A stretch of DNA of 32,000 bases from NCBI GenBank assembly GCA_965219535.1, contig CBDCNV010000002.1:1140001-1172000 (forward strand). The letters run 5' to 3'. A program made the position numbers and the translations under genes. This DNA comes from Opitutales bacterium (GTDB taxonomy: Bacteria; Verrucomicrobiota; Verrucomicrobiia; Opitutales; PNEW01). Shown piece after piece: positions 9,208 through 17,974 of this stretch (its first letter is position 1; every line of letters starts with the position of its first letter). A model generated the notes under the pieces. It saw nothing but the letters and a program-made list of their open reading frames with translations. It was not told the DNA's origin and ran no database searches.

Positions 9208-10485
9208 TTACCAGCAGGATAGTGAGTCGAGAAAGAGTTGCTTGAGGTCAAAGGCGCTTGCTGGGCGGGGAGATAATTTAGTAACGCGGTGTTGCGGTAG
9301 TGTGCCTTCAACAAGATTATCAACGTCATTGGGAGTGTAACCCAATGCACTTAAACCGTTAGGCATATTCGTTTTTCGCATCAGGTCTACAATCACCCCG
9401 GAAAGTAAATCTCCCGCATCCTCTGGTTTAGCATCAGTTGTATCCACCCCCATCAGCCTGGCGGCTTGAAGGTGAAGTTCTGGGTTGGATGGCGCGGTGA
9501 AGCGAAAGACCGCCGGCGCGTTGAGGATTACCGACATGCCGTGAGGAACAATCGGGTGTTCAGATGGATAACCTTCGGGGATGTAATTCCGAACCATACC
9601 TGAGACTGGATAGGACATGCCATGGGGTAAGTGGACACCGGCATTGCCAAAGCCAATTCCAGCGAAGGTTGCAGCCAAGAGCATCTTTCCGCACGCCTCT
9701 TCATCATTCGGATCATCGATCGCGCGGACAATGTTATGAAAAACCATTTCTATTGCCTGAGCCGACCATATATTACTAATCGGGTTGGCCCCTTGATAGG
9801 CCGGTCGCAACCTTGGGTGTTCAGGCGCGGGACGATCATTAAATGGCAATGCGGTTATTGATTCCAGGGCATGGCTAAGGACATCAAGACCCGTGCAGGC
9901 TGCGACCATTTTTGGCAATCCACGCGTGTTATGGGGATCCACTATACCCATAACGGGTCTAAGTGCCCGATGAGCGATTCCTGTTTTAGCATGCATTTCC
10001 TTTAAATCGAATATTGCAACACCGGTAGTTTCACTGCCAGTGCCCGCTGTGGTCGGTATCGCGATCAATGGTTTCAGTTGTCCCGGGACCGGTTTACCTT
10101 CACCGATTGGCGGGTTTACATAGGTGAGAAAATCAGCAGGATAAGTGGAATACAGGTTGGCTGCCTTGGCGGTATCCATTGTTGACCCGCCACCTACGGC
10201 GATAAAACCATCGAAATTTCCTTCACTTGCAAATCTGATCGCCTCTTTAAAAGAAGCATCGGTCGGTTCTACATAAACCTGGTCATACAAAACTGCTTCT
10301 ACCCCTTCATTTTTTAATGCTTCGAGCGTAACGGACACCGATTCACATTTTGCCAGAATAGGATCGGTCAGGATCATAACACGACTAACGCCAAAATCTT
10401 TTATATCAATTCCCACTTCACGCGTGACACCGGGACCATACTTGATCTGTGAAGTATCCATGATATAGGCAGTTTCTAAATTCAT
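9208..10485 (-). CDS. iron-containing (group III) alcohol dehydrogenase, hydroxyacid-oxoacid transhydrogenase-like
   Basis: 425 aa. GGGSTMDTAK NAD-binding motif and conserved His residues (LSHALE, HLPHGMS) of the Fe-ADH family. It lies 35 nt upstream of the SDR on the same strand. Confidence 0.8.
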   Translation of the reverse strand: MNLETAYIMDTSQIKYGPGVTREVGIDIKDFGVSRVMILTDPILAKCESVSVTLEALKNEGVEAVLYDQVYVEPTDASFKEAIRFASEGNFDGFIAVGGGSTMDTAKAANLYSTYPADFLTYVNPPIGEGKPVPGQLKPLIAIPTTAGTGSETTGVAIFDLKEMHAKTGIAHRALRPVMGIVDPHNTRGLPKMVAACTGLDVLSHALESITALPFNDRPAPEHPRLRPAYQGANPISNIWSAQAIEMVFHNIVRAIDDPNDEEACGKMLLAATFAGIGFGNAGVHLPHGMSYPVSGMVRNYIPEGYPSEHPIVPHGMSVILNAPAVFRFTAPSNPELHLQAARLMGVDTTDAKPEDAGDLLSGVIVDLMRKTNMPNGLSALGYTPNDVDNLVEGTLPQHRVTKLSPRPASAFDLKQLFLDSLSCW

Positions 10486-10872
10486 TGTTTTGTCTTCTTC
10501 TTTAAATAACTCGGGTTTTATTTATTTGTCGATTTAAACTTATTCGCTTATCGATTTGTATAATTATCTCTTTAAAAATGAGAAAAATTATACGCAATTG
10601 AAATAGTTTTTCTTTAAAATCAAATGTCTTAGGGTAATCTAAAAAAGTCGATCAAGATTGATCTTTTCATTATCGCTACCGCGATCATTTCCATAGTCGG
10701 GCTTGCTATTTGGTTTATCCTGAGCATACCGAAGCTATTTAAATCGGATGGCATTCCGACTCAGAAGGTTGTAGATAAACCAGTACCCGCGAAAGAAAAG
10801 ACGAAACCTTGGAAATCCTTTCTGCTTCCCCGTGATGCGGAAGCGTTATCTCGACAAGTAAAGTATGAGTTA

Positions 10873-12117
10873 TTGGGATTGGATTTCAGAAATCTTAAAT
10901 TGAAATTTGAAGAACCATCAAAGGAAATTGAAATTATCGTTCCGGCGGGGACAAAAATTGTTCATCATGAAAGTAGTGATTTCCCGGAATTCTATATTTG
11001 GAAAACGGCGAACTTGAGAATCGTCCCGCGAAAATACAAAGTGAGGGAATTGGCAGTTGTGGGTGCGGACGCCAATAAGCTGGTAGAGACCACTGAAGGA
11101 GATCATTTTAAATTTTCTGTTACAGACCCCAATGAATTGATTCCCCGTTTTATTCAAATGAGTGAACGGGAGAATTTAGATTGGGGGCCCGTTCAAAGCG
11201 GTGTTTGGATGCTGAGCCATAATATTTCACCTGAGGATTTCTATAAGATCCGTGTACACACTTACCATCAATTAAACCCGATGGGGGGGACTGATTCAAT
11301 TGTTGCCGCTTACGCGGGATTGAAATCCACCGCCAATATATTTCAAAACCTGGGATTGAATCCCATGGATTATCACCTTCTCGCCGATTCGCGTAATAAA
11401 TTTCTGGAATTATTGAAGAAAGTCGATTTCGACGCTCCGAGTAAAAATTACGCTTCCATCATTGTTAATAAATCGCTTCTTGCTTATGAAAGTGAACCCG
11501 AAGTTGAAAAGGTGTTAATTCGCTACCTGACGGAACATCCCACACCGCATATCCGTTTGGATGCTCTGCGAAATTTGACCTCAATGGAAGTCGTGGACGA
11601 TGCGGAAATTATTTTCCACCAGCTGAAAAATGAAACCCATCGCCATGTGCAATTTCTTTTCGCCTATCGATTATACAAAATTGATGACCCCAGGTCTTTC
11701 CCTTTGCTGGCGGCATTTGAAAAGGATGCGGAGCTTACTAAATATTTTTCGAATTATCTTCGCGCTAAAATTAAAAAGTTGAGCGGAAGAGACAGTGCGA
11801 GAAACGAAAACCTCTTCACCTATTGGGAGAGAGTTTTAGGTTGGGACAGCCTTGCGAGGGATGGATGGAATAGTGAAGGGCTTCGACCGCTTACTGAGAA
11901 ATTAATGTCAGCTCCGGATCCAATATTAGTGAAAGCGCTGCAACAAGCTTCATCTCACGAACGAGGAGAAGTGAAAAAAGCTATTCATCAACTTAAAAGT
12001 TATCGAGATTCCCCTGAAGCTTTCGAAATGCTTGTCGAGCTGACGACTAAACATGAGGATGGCAATACCCGGTTTTCTGCGATGAATGCGCTTACAGGAT
12101 TTAGAGACTTTAATTAA
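10873..12117 (+). CDS. HEAT-repeat protein; the reading frame stays open upstream to 10633
   Basis: The C-terminal half has HEAT-like repeats (IRLDALRNLTSM, TRFSAMNALTGF). The first canonical start in frame is TTG 10873. The upstream in-frame stretch encodes a signal-anchor-like segment (see findings). Confidence 0.6.
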   Translation: MGLDFRNLKLKFEEPSKEIEIIVPAGTKIVHHESSDFPEFYIWKTANLRIVPRKYKVRELAVVGADANKLVETTEGDHFKFSVTDPNELIPRFIQMSERENLDWGPVQSGVWMLSHNISPEDFYKIRVHTYHQLNPMGGTDSIVAAYAGLKSTANIFQNLGLNPMDYHLLADSRNKFLELLKKVDFDAPSKNYASIIVNKSLLAYESEPEVEKVLIRYLTEHPTPHIRLDALRNLTSMEVVDDAEIIFHQLKNETHRHVQFLFAYRLYKIDDPRSFPLLAAFEKDAELTKYFSNYLRAKIKKLSGRDSARNENLFTYWERVLGWDSLARDGWNSEGLRPLTEKLMSAPDPILVKALQQASSHERGEVKKAIHQLKSYRDSPEAFEMLVELTTKHEDGNTRFSAMNALTGFRDFN

Positions 12118-12580
12118 AAAAATATGTGAAGACCGTATTCTCAACGATTCGGATTATCGATTGGCTCAAGTGGCTCTTAATATTGCCGGCGGTCAGAAAT
12201 TTCCAGGATTTGAAAATTTATTTCTTTTAGCCTGTGAGCATGAACATACAAGTGTCCGACTCTGGGCTGTTAGAGGTATCGGTAATCATAAGATCGCTCG
12301 GGGGGAGAGTCTCCTTCTCGAGCTGGCAAATGGCGATCCTGAAAGCAATATTCAGTATGCTGCTTTAAGATCCCTCACAAATGGATTGAAGTCCTATGCT
12401 GTATTTCCACTTTTAAAGGAAATGCTTCAGAGTACGGAGGAGGCAGATAGATGGAACGCTTTGAATAATTTAAAAATGTGGAAAAGCAACCCAGATGCGC
12501 TCGATATGCTGGAGCCTTATCGTAATGATCCTATAATTGGATCTCGGGTTATACCGCATTTAGAAAAATACGGACGTTGA
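12086..12580 (+). CDS. HEAT-repeat protein
   Basis: 164 aa with repeats VRLWAVRGIGNH, IQYAALRSLTNG, DRWNALNNLKMW. ATG 12086 overlaps the 3' end of the preceding HEAT gene by 32 nt. Confidence 0.6.
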   Translation: MRLQDLETLIKKICEDRILNDSDYRLAQVALNIAGGQKFPGFENLFLLACEHEHTSVRLWAVRGIGNHKIARGESLLLELANGDPESNIQYAALRSLTNGLKSYAVFPLLKEMLQSTEEADRWNALNNLKMWKSNPDALDMLEPYRNDPIIGSRVIPHLEKYGR

Positions 12581-12624
12581 TGATAGGGCTGATTGAAACA
12601 AACAACAACCCTCGATAAGAACCT

Positions 12625-13677
12625 TCAATTAACTACGCTCGTCTTTTTGCCCTCGTATTCTTGTAGCACCTCTTGGGCGGCTTTCGCCTGGTCGGATGTC
12701 GGGTCTCGTTTGATCAACCGTGATAAGGCATAGTGCGCATGTTCATCTCCCTGCCTCGTCAATTCCAGCGCCTCCGCAAATCCATTATCTCCAAAACTTG
12801 AGTCTTTAGGGATAACTGGAAAATCGAGATCTTTCCAGTAATACTGTAAATCATCAGATTTCCAACCCTGATAAATTTTATCCCAGCTAATTTCACTGAA
12901 GCTGTGCAAGTGAGGTTCGAGCATAGTTTCGGCGAGTGGGAGTCCCAAGGCCTGGTAGCGATTGTCGAGCGATACGCGCAATCGATCAGGTGTTAAATTC
13001 GGCAGTGCTCTATGAAGTGTAAGACAGTGAAAGATCAGGGTATCTCCTATTTCATAGTTAGTAGTCACCCAGTCTCCCGAATGTTCTTCGGGGTCTACGG
13101 TTAAAGCTCCAGCGCCGAGGGAAAAGTGGTGTTCAAAAACAGTATTTTGCTTATGGGATCCCGGTAAAATTGCCAAACCACCGAGTTCGATCGGACTGTC
13201 TCCTAGGGGCGTCCAGCAGGTATAAGTTTCATAATTACCCTGGAAGTGAACAAAATCCTGATGCGCGGGGGTGGTGTGGTCAGTGTATTGTGGAAACCAA
13301 AGTCGGGCGATTTTATGGGGATAAGGAAAGACCGTATCACCGATAATTTTATTCATCATATCGAGCAGTTCGGGCCAGTGCCCCGCTCGATGAAAAGATT
13401 CAAGTTTATAGACTTCGTGATAGACGTCGGTGTATTGACTGTCACCCTCGGTGCAGCGGCGCGAAAGGTCGGCAATTCCATCTGCTAATTCTGTTCCCGC
13501 TTTGAGCCATCCGCCTTCACGCATCATTTCCAACATACCCAGTCTAAGAGACCAAATCTTATCGGGGTCTTGTAGTTTTCGGAAAAATAAATACCCCTCA
13601 TTTTTTATCCGTCGTCGCAATTCATCGGCATCATCGCTTGCGTCATTGGATACTCTTAGTTCTTTGAATTCAGACAT
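12625..13677 (-). CDS. phytanoyl-CoA dioxygenase (PhyH) family Fe(II)/2-oxoglutarate oxygenase
   Basis: 350 aa. H-x-D facial-triad motif HQDFVH, distal His in FHCLTLHRALPN, and an R-x-S-like RVSLDNRY segment. Confidence 0.8.
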   Translation of the reverse strand: MSEFKELRVSNDASDDADELRRRIKNEGYLFFRKLQDPDKIWSLRLGMLEMMREGGWLKAGTELADGIADLSRRCTEGDSQYTDVYHEVYKLESFHRAGHWPELLDMMNKIIGDTVFPYPHKIARLWFPQYTDHTTPAHQDFVHFQGNYETYTCWTPLGDSPIELGGLAILPGSHKQNTVFEHHFSLGAGALTVDPEEHSGDWVTTNYEIGDTLIFHCLTLHRALPNLTPDRLRVSLDNRYQALGLPLAETMLEPHLHSFSEISWDKIYQGWKSDDLQYYWKDLDFPVIPKDSSFGDNGFAEALELTRQGDEHAHYALSRLIKRDPTSDQAKAAQEVLQEYEGKKTSVVN

Positions 13678-13853
13678 GGTTAACTCCTGCTTTTGGGGTA
13701 TTCTGGTAAGTTAAATAAATTAAATGATGTCAACAATCAAGCAAATCGAGACTTCAACCACTCAAATTGCTTCCCGCTGTCTTGCTCATACTATAATGCT
13801 TGTGTCCTTAAGACCCAATTGAGATAAGCTAAGCTCACCCTAATATATTAATT

Positions 13854-14813
13854 ATGAACTTCCGACAATTTGCCAATACCAATTTAAAGGTTTCTGAAAT
13901 CTGTTTAGGCCCCATGCGGTTTTCCGCTAAGTCTCCCTCGGATGATGAAAAGTCTCAGGCTGGGAAGCGTGCTTTGGAAAGAGCGCTTGAACGTGGGGTT
14001 AACTTTATCCATTCCAGTTACGAATATGGTACCCGATGGGCCGTAGGCGAAGTCCTTAAAAACCATCCTCGACGCGGGGAATTACATCATATTATTAAAG
14101 TGCCCGTTCCTGATTTCGATGACAAGGGCAAGTTTGATGCAAATAAATTCAGACTGCGTATAGAGGAAGCACTGCGTGATTTGCATACCGATTGTATTGA
14201 TCTACTACAACACTTGCAGCGGGCGCGACCCAACTCTGATGAATTAAGAATCCCAAATATACCAGCGGTAGAAGAACCGATGTTGGAAATTTTCGAGAAA
14301 TTAAAAGAGGAGGGCAAGGTAGGTTACTTAACCACATTTCCTTATTCACCAGAGTTTGCATGTGAGGCCATAAAAACAAAGGCTTTCAAGGGTATGGTCG
14401 CTTATTACAACCCGATTGAAATGGATATGGCAGAGTTTTTCCCCCTGATGGAACAACAGAACCAGGGATTCTTTTGCATTCGCCCGTTTATGTCAGGATT
14501 GTTGACTGATAAACGAGTCGATCGAAATGAACTTGAGAAAGATGATCGCTTTAATGATCCATTGTGGGATGCGGCCTATGATAGATTGACACTGTTGAAT
14601 GCTCAACTTCGCAATGAAATCAACTCATGGACCGATTTTGCGATTAAGTTTAGCTTGTGTCACCCCATTGTCACCAGCCTCATTGTCGGTCTCAACACCG
14701 AGGAACAGGTTGATGGGGTTCTTGACGCCGCCGACGGAAATTATCCGGACCTCAATACTTTTGAAAAAGCGCTTAGTATCTGCCGTGAAAACGGACTGGT
14801 TAAGTCTAATTAA
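13854..14813 (+). CDS. aldo/keto reductase family oxidoreductase
   Basis: 319 aa. N-terminal LKVSEICLGPMRF, INFIHSSYEYG and DLLQHL segments are typical of AKR (beta/alpha)8 enzymes. Confidence 0.85.
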   Translation: MNFRQFANTNLKVSEICLGPMRFSAKSPSDDEKSQAGKRALERALERGVNFIHSSYEYGTRWAVGEVLKNHPRRGELHHIIKVPVPDFDDKGKFDANKFRLRIEEALRDLHTDCIDLLQHLQRARPNSDELRIPNIPAVEEPMLEIFEKLKEEGKVGYLTTFPYSPEFACEAIKTKAFKGMVAYYNPIEMDMAEFFPLMEQQNQGFFCIRPFMSGLLTDKRVDRNELEKDDRFNDPLWDAAYDRLTLLNAQLRNEINSWTDFAIKFSLCHPIVTSLIVGLNTEEQVDGVLDAADGNYPDLNTFEKALSICRENGLVKSN

Positions 14814-14978
14814 GTGAGCAAGACGCGAAGAAGCGCGTAGTGTTACGTGAAGAATGGGTTCAGGGATCGGAGATTGGACGGAATATTGGAAGAATGGATA
14901 AATGAGGAATAACCGAGGGTATTCACAACCATCCATTCATCCGCGATCTTCGCATTTCACGCATCTTCGCGTATACCC
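14814..14978. repeat. imperfect hairpin filling the AKR/PhyH convergent gap (repeat family 3 words)
   Basis: ACGCGAAGAAGCGCG at 14823-14837 against the reverse complement of 14962-14976 (ACGCGAAGATGCGTG). Inner pair GAAGAATGGATAAATGAGG against the reverse complement of ACCATCCATTCATCC. GGGTTCAGGG at 14857-14866. Confidence 0.55.
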
Positions 14979-15827
14979 TTACGCCTTATCGCTTACTTCC
15001 TGGAAAGATTCGATATATCCCCACTTGTAAAGGTAATCGATCCAACGCTGACGCCGTGGATCCTTATCGGGATTGGCTAACCATTCGAGAGGGTATTCAG
15101 GCTGACGCTCCGCGTAGGTATTTTTGGCTAAATCTTTCCGCACATTGAAATTATCCCTTACTTGTTTGCGGGTCATTGCTTTTTCTTCAGCAGTTTTTGG
15201 GTTTTTCGTATAAATGGGCGAAATCATCCGTCGGTCAGTATTGCCTCCCCATGAGGCATGCCAGATATGACAATCAAAAATAAATACATCACCCACTTCC
15301 ATATTGCAGCTATAGGCGGGGACATCACTGATGCTGAATTCGGTGTCGAGTGCCTTTTCTTTAAATCCCAGTAGACCAAAATTTAATACTGCTTCGTGGA
15401 AAGGTTTCCGATGTGAACCGGGGATAAGTTTTAATGCCCCGTTGCTTTCGTCCAACGGCTGGAGGTAAACGGGAAATTTTATCGTATGCTCATGGAAATT
15501 TATACTATCGGGGTGCCACGGGGTTTCGTTAACGTAACTGCCGCAATTGCAGGATCGTATAACAAAGTCATCTCCCAGCAGCTGTTCGGCAATACTGAGG
15601 AGTCGAGGGTCTTCGTGAATCTTGGCTGAATGCGGGGTCTCTGATCCCAGGCTGGACCAGCTGCTATATTTTGCTGGTTCCTCAGCAGGTCCGGTGTAAC
15701 GCAGAGTAGATTCTAACTTCTGCTGGAATTCATCGTTGAAGTTGTCAATTTCCTCCTTTCTGAACAGTCCCCGGAGAGGAACGAAACCAAAGGTATTAAA
15801 ATGGGTGAGTTGATGTTCTGTAAGCAC
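14979..15827 (-). CDS. PhyH-family Fe(II)/2-oxoglutarate dioxygenase (second paralog)
   Basis: 282 aa. N-terminal FNTFGFVPLRGLF, WHPDS (H-x-D) and HIWHASWGG distal His. GTG start at 15827. Confidence 0.75.
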   Translation of the reverse strand: MLTEHQLTHFNTFGFVPLRGLFRKEEIDNFNDEFQQKLESTLRYTGPAEEPAKYSSWSSLGSETPHSAKIHEDPRLLSIAEQLLGDDFVIRSCNCGSYVNETPWHPDSINFHEHTIKFPVYLQPLDESNGALKLIPGSHRKPFHEAVLNFGLLGFKEKALDTEFSISDVPAYSCNMEVGDVFIFDCHIWHASWGGNTDRRMISPIYTKNPKTAEEKAMTRKQVRDNFNVRKDLAKNTYAERQPEYPLEWLANPDKDPRRQRWIDYLYKWGYIESFQEVSDKA

Positions 15828-16025
15828 TGTATTTCCTGACTATAGAATGACTAAGAATTTCTGCGTTCACATGTATTGAAATATAGTTTAGCATTTATTC
15901 TATGCGCTTGTCACTATTGAACGGCCAAAATTGTTGTTATTCATGTTACCCTCATTTATTGCCAAAAAATAATCTAAGTTTGACCATACCTTATTTTCTT
16001 GCCCCTGGCTTAATGATTATCGAGA

Positions 16026-16075
16026 ACAGATAGAATCCTGGGAATTGCTGACCATAGAATTCTGTCTGTTTTTTT
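16026..16075 (+). terminator. intrinsic-terminator-like hairpin with T-tract, no upstream annotated + strand gene
   Basis: An 11-bp stem pairs ACAGATAGAAT (16026-16036) with ATTCTGTCTGT (16059-16069), including one G-U pair. The loop is 22 nt. The stem's terminal T (16069) plus 16070-16075 form a run of seven T. It sits 30 nt before the MBL gene ATG. Confidence 0.5.
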
Positions 16076-16105
16076 AAATGAGGTCTTAATTCTAAAAAAA
16101 TATAA

Positions 16106-16897
16106 ATGAAAATTACTATTCTTGGTTCCTGTGCCGGCACTGAGCCCATGCCGGGACGACATCACAGTTCCTTTACCATTGAGCATAATGATTCTCTGTT
16201 CTGGATAGATGCCGGTGAAGGTTGTACTTATACCGCCCACCTCAGAGGCATCGATCTCCTCTCCACGCGTGCTATCTTTATCTCCCACCCACATATCGAT
16301 CACATCGAAGGTTTGCCTCACTTAATTTCTATTCTTGAAAAACTGAACTCGAGAGCGGATCCAACATCAACCGTCTTAACGGGAAAAACGATCGATGTGT
16401 ATATCCCGGAATTGGAGGTGTGGGAGGCGATCATGAAGATGAATAAGTATACCTTCCCTGCTTATGATAATAATAATATCGAGTATAAGCCAACTTGCTA
16501 TAAAGACGGGATCATCTTTGATGAACAGGGTTTAAAAATTACTGCCATGCACAATTTCCATATGGGAAAACCACAAAAGGGGGAACCTTGGCTTTCATAC
16601 TCCTATCGCATTGAAGCGGATGGGAAATGCTTTGTTTATTCCGGTGATTTGGGGGGGCCTGAAGACGTTGACCCACTATTTGATTCTTGTGATTTACTTT
16701 TTATGGAAGCGGGACACTTTCAAGTTGATAAAGTGTGCCGTTACTTGAAGGAAGCCGGAAAAAAGTTTGATCAATTGGGAATTATCCACAATGGAAGAGA
16801 AGTCCTTGCCGATGCTCAGGGGGAACTAAAGAAAGGAAGAGATATTCTGGGAGACAAAGTTTTTATCTCTGAGGACGGAATGGTTTTTGATTTATAG
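16106..16897 (+). CDS. MBL-fold metallo-hydrolase
   Basis: 263 aa with the H-x-H-x-D-H motif HPHIDHIEG and downstream His/Asp ligands (MHNFHMG, SGDLGG). Confidence 0.8.
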   Translation: MKITILGSCAGTEPMPGRHHSSFTIEHNDSLFWIDAGEGCTYTAHLRGIDLLSTRAIFISHPHIDHIEGLPHLISILEKLNSRADPTSTVLTGKTIDVYIPELEVWEAIMKMNKYTFPAYDNNNIEYKPTCYKDGIIFDEQGLKITAMHNFHMGKPQKGEPWLSYSYRIEADGKCFVYSGDLGGPEDVDPLFDSCDLLFMEAGHFQVDKVCRYLKEAGKKFDQLGIIHNGREVLADAQGELKKGRDILGDKVFISEDGMVFDL

Positions 16898-16939
16898 TAA
16901 ATTAAAGGTTCTTCAATCTGCAGATTGTATTTTTTGTGA

Positions 16940-17974
16940 ATGAACATGAATACCTTTACGATTGACGAGATTTGCCAGCGTGTTAACGGCAGACTTGCTG
17001 GCCCCCCAGATCTAATGATTACAGGGGTGGAGCAGATAAACCGTGCAGGACCTTCTCAATTAACTTTTATTGGTCAAAAAAAGTACGCGCAATTCTGGAC
17101 TGACTCGCGTGCCTCAGCCGCGCTTGCCAATGAAAAACTAAATTTAGAGCCGGGTGAGGGCAGGGCCTTGATCCATGTACCCGATACCGATCTTGCTCTG
17201 GCTGTCGTTTTGGAAATGTTTGCACCTGAAATACCTGATTGTGGACAGGGAGTCCATTCCAGCGCAATTATCCATCCTTCAGCCAATTTAGGTGTGGGTG
17301 TAGCAATCGGTCCGGGATGCGTTCTTGGCCCTCACGTGCAGCTTGGTGATAATGTTTCACTTTACGCCAATGTTACCGTCTTTGATCATTCAAGCATAGG
17401 TGAAGGTTCCGTGATCTGGCCGGGTACTGTCATTCGCGAACGCTGTAAAATAGGGGAGAATTGCATCATACATCCTAATGTAACGATTGGAGCAGATGGA
17501 TTCGGTTATCGACCTTCACCCGATGGTATGAGTCTCGTCAAGATACCACAGATCGGTACCGTAAACATTGGTCGTGACGTAGAAATTGGAGCCGGTTCTT
17601 GTATCGATCGAGGTAAGTTCAGTGCGACGACAATTGGAGATGGCACCAAAATTGATAACTTGGTTCAGATTGCTCACAACTGTACTATAGGGCGTGCTTG
17701 TGTGATAGCTGGTTTGGCAGGGATCAGTGGATCGGTAACAATCGGCAATGGTGTCATGATAGGGGGTAATGTCGGGATTGCAGATCATCTTACAATTGGT
17801 GATGGAGCAATTCTTGGAGCCAAAGCAGGCGTTATGCGTGATGTAGATCCGGGTGCCTTTGTGGTCGGTGCCCCTGCTCGCGACACGAAAAAAGCGATGC
17901 GTGAATGGGCTGCTCTTTCAAAGCTACCCGATCTTATAAAGAAGTGGAGGGCGAGAATGAAGAGTGAACAGTGA
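16940..17974 (+). CDS. lpxD: UDP-3-O-(3-hydroxyacyl)glucosamine N-acyltransferase
   Basis: 344 aa. LpxD N-terminal uridine-binding-type region followed by long hexapeptide (left-handed beta-helix) repeats and IGADGFGY. The last codons and the TGA stop lie in a GTGAACA heptamer repeat. Confidence 0.9.
   Translation: MNMNTFTIDEICQRVNGRLAGPPDLMITGVEQINRAGPSQLTFIGQKKYAQFWTDSRASAALANEKLNLEPGEGRALIHVPDTDLALAVVLEMFAPEIPDCGQGVHSSAIIHPSANLGVGVAIGPGCVLGPHVQLGDNVSLYANVTVFDHSSIGEGSVIWPGTVIRERCKIGENCIIHPNVTIGADGFGYRPSPDGMSLVKIPQIGTVNIGRDVEIGAGSCIDRGKFSATTIGDGTKIDNLVQIAHNCTIGRACVIAGLAGISGSVTIGNGVMIGGNVGIADHLTIGDGAILGAKAGVMRDVDPGAFVVGAPARDTKKAMREWAALSKLPDLIKKWRARMKSEQ

Noticed and set aside
14625-14936. 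103-aa minus-strand ORF across the AKR 3' end and the hairpin gap
   Set aside because: It is antisense to a well-supported AKR gene and runs into repeat family 3 sequence. It is likely spurious.
16010-16321. 103-aa minus-strand ORF overlapping the MBL gene start
   Set aside because: It is antisense to the MBL gene with its HxHxDH motif and crosses the terminator hairpin. It is likely spurious.
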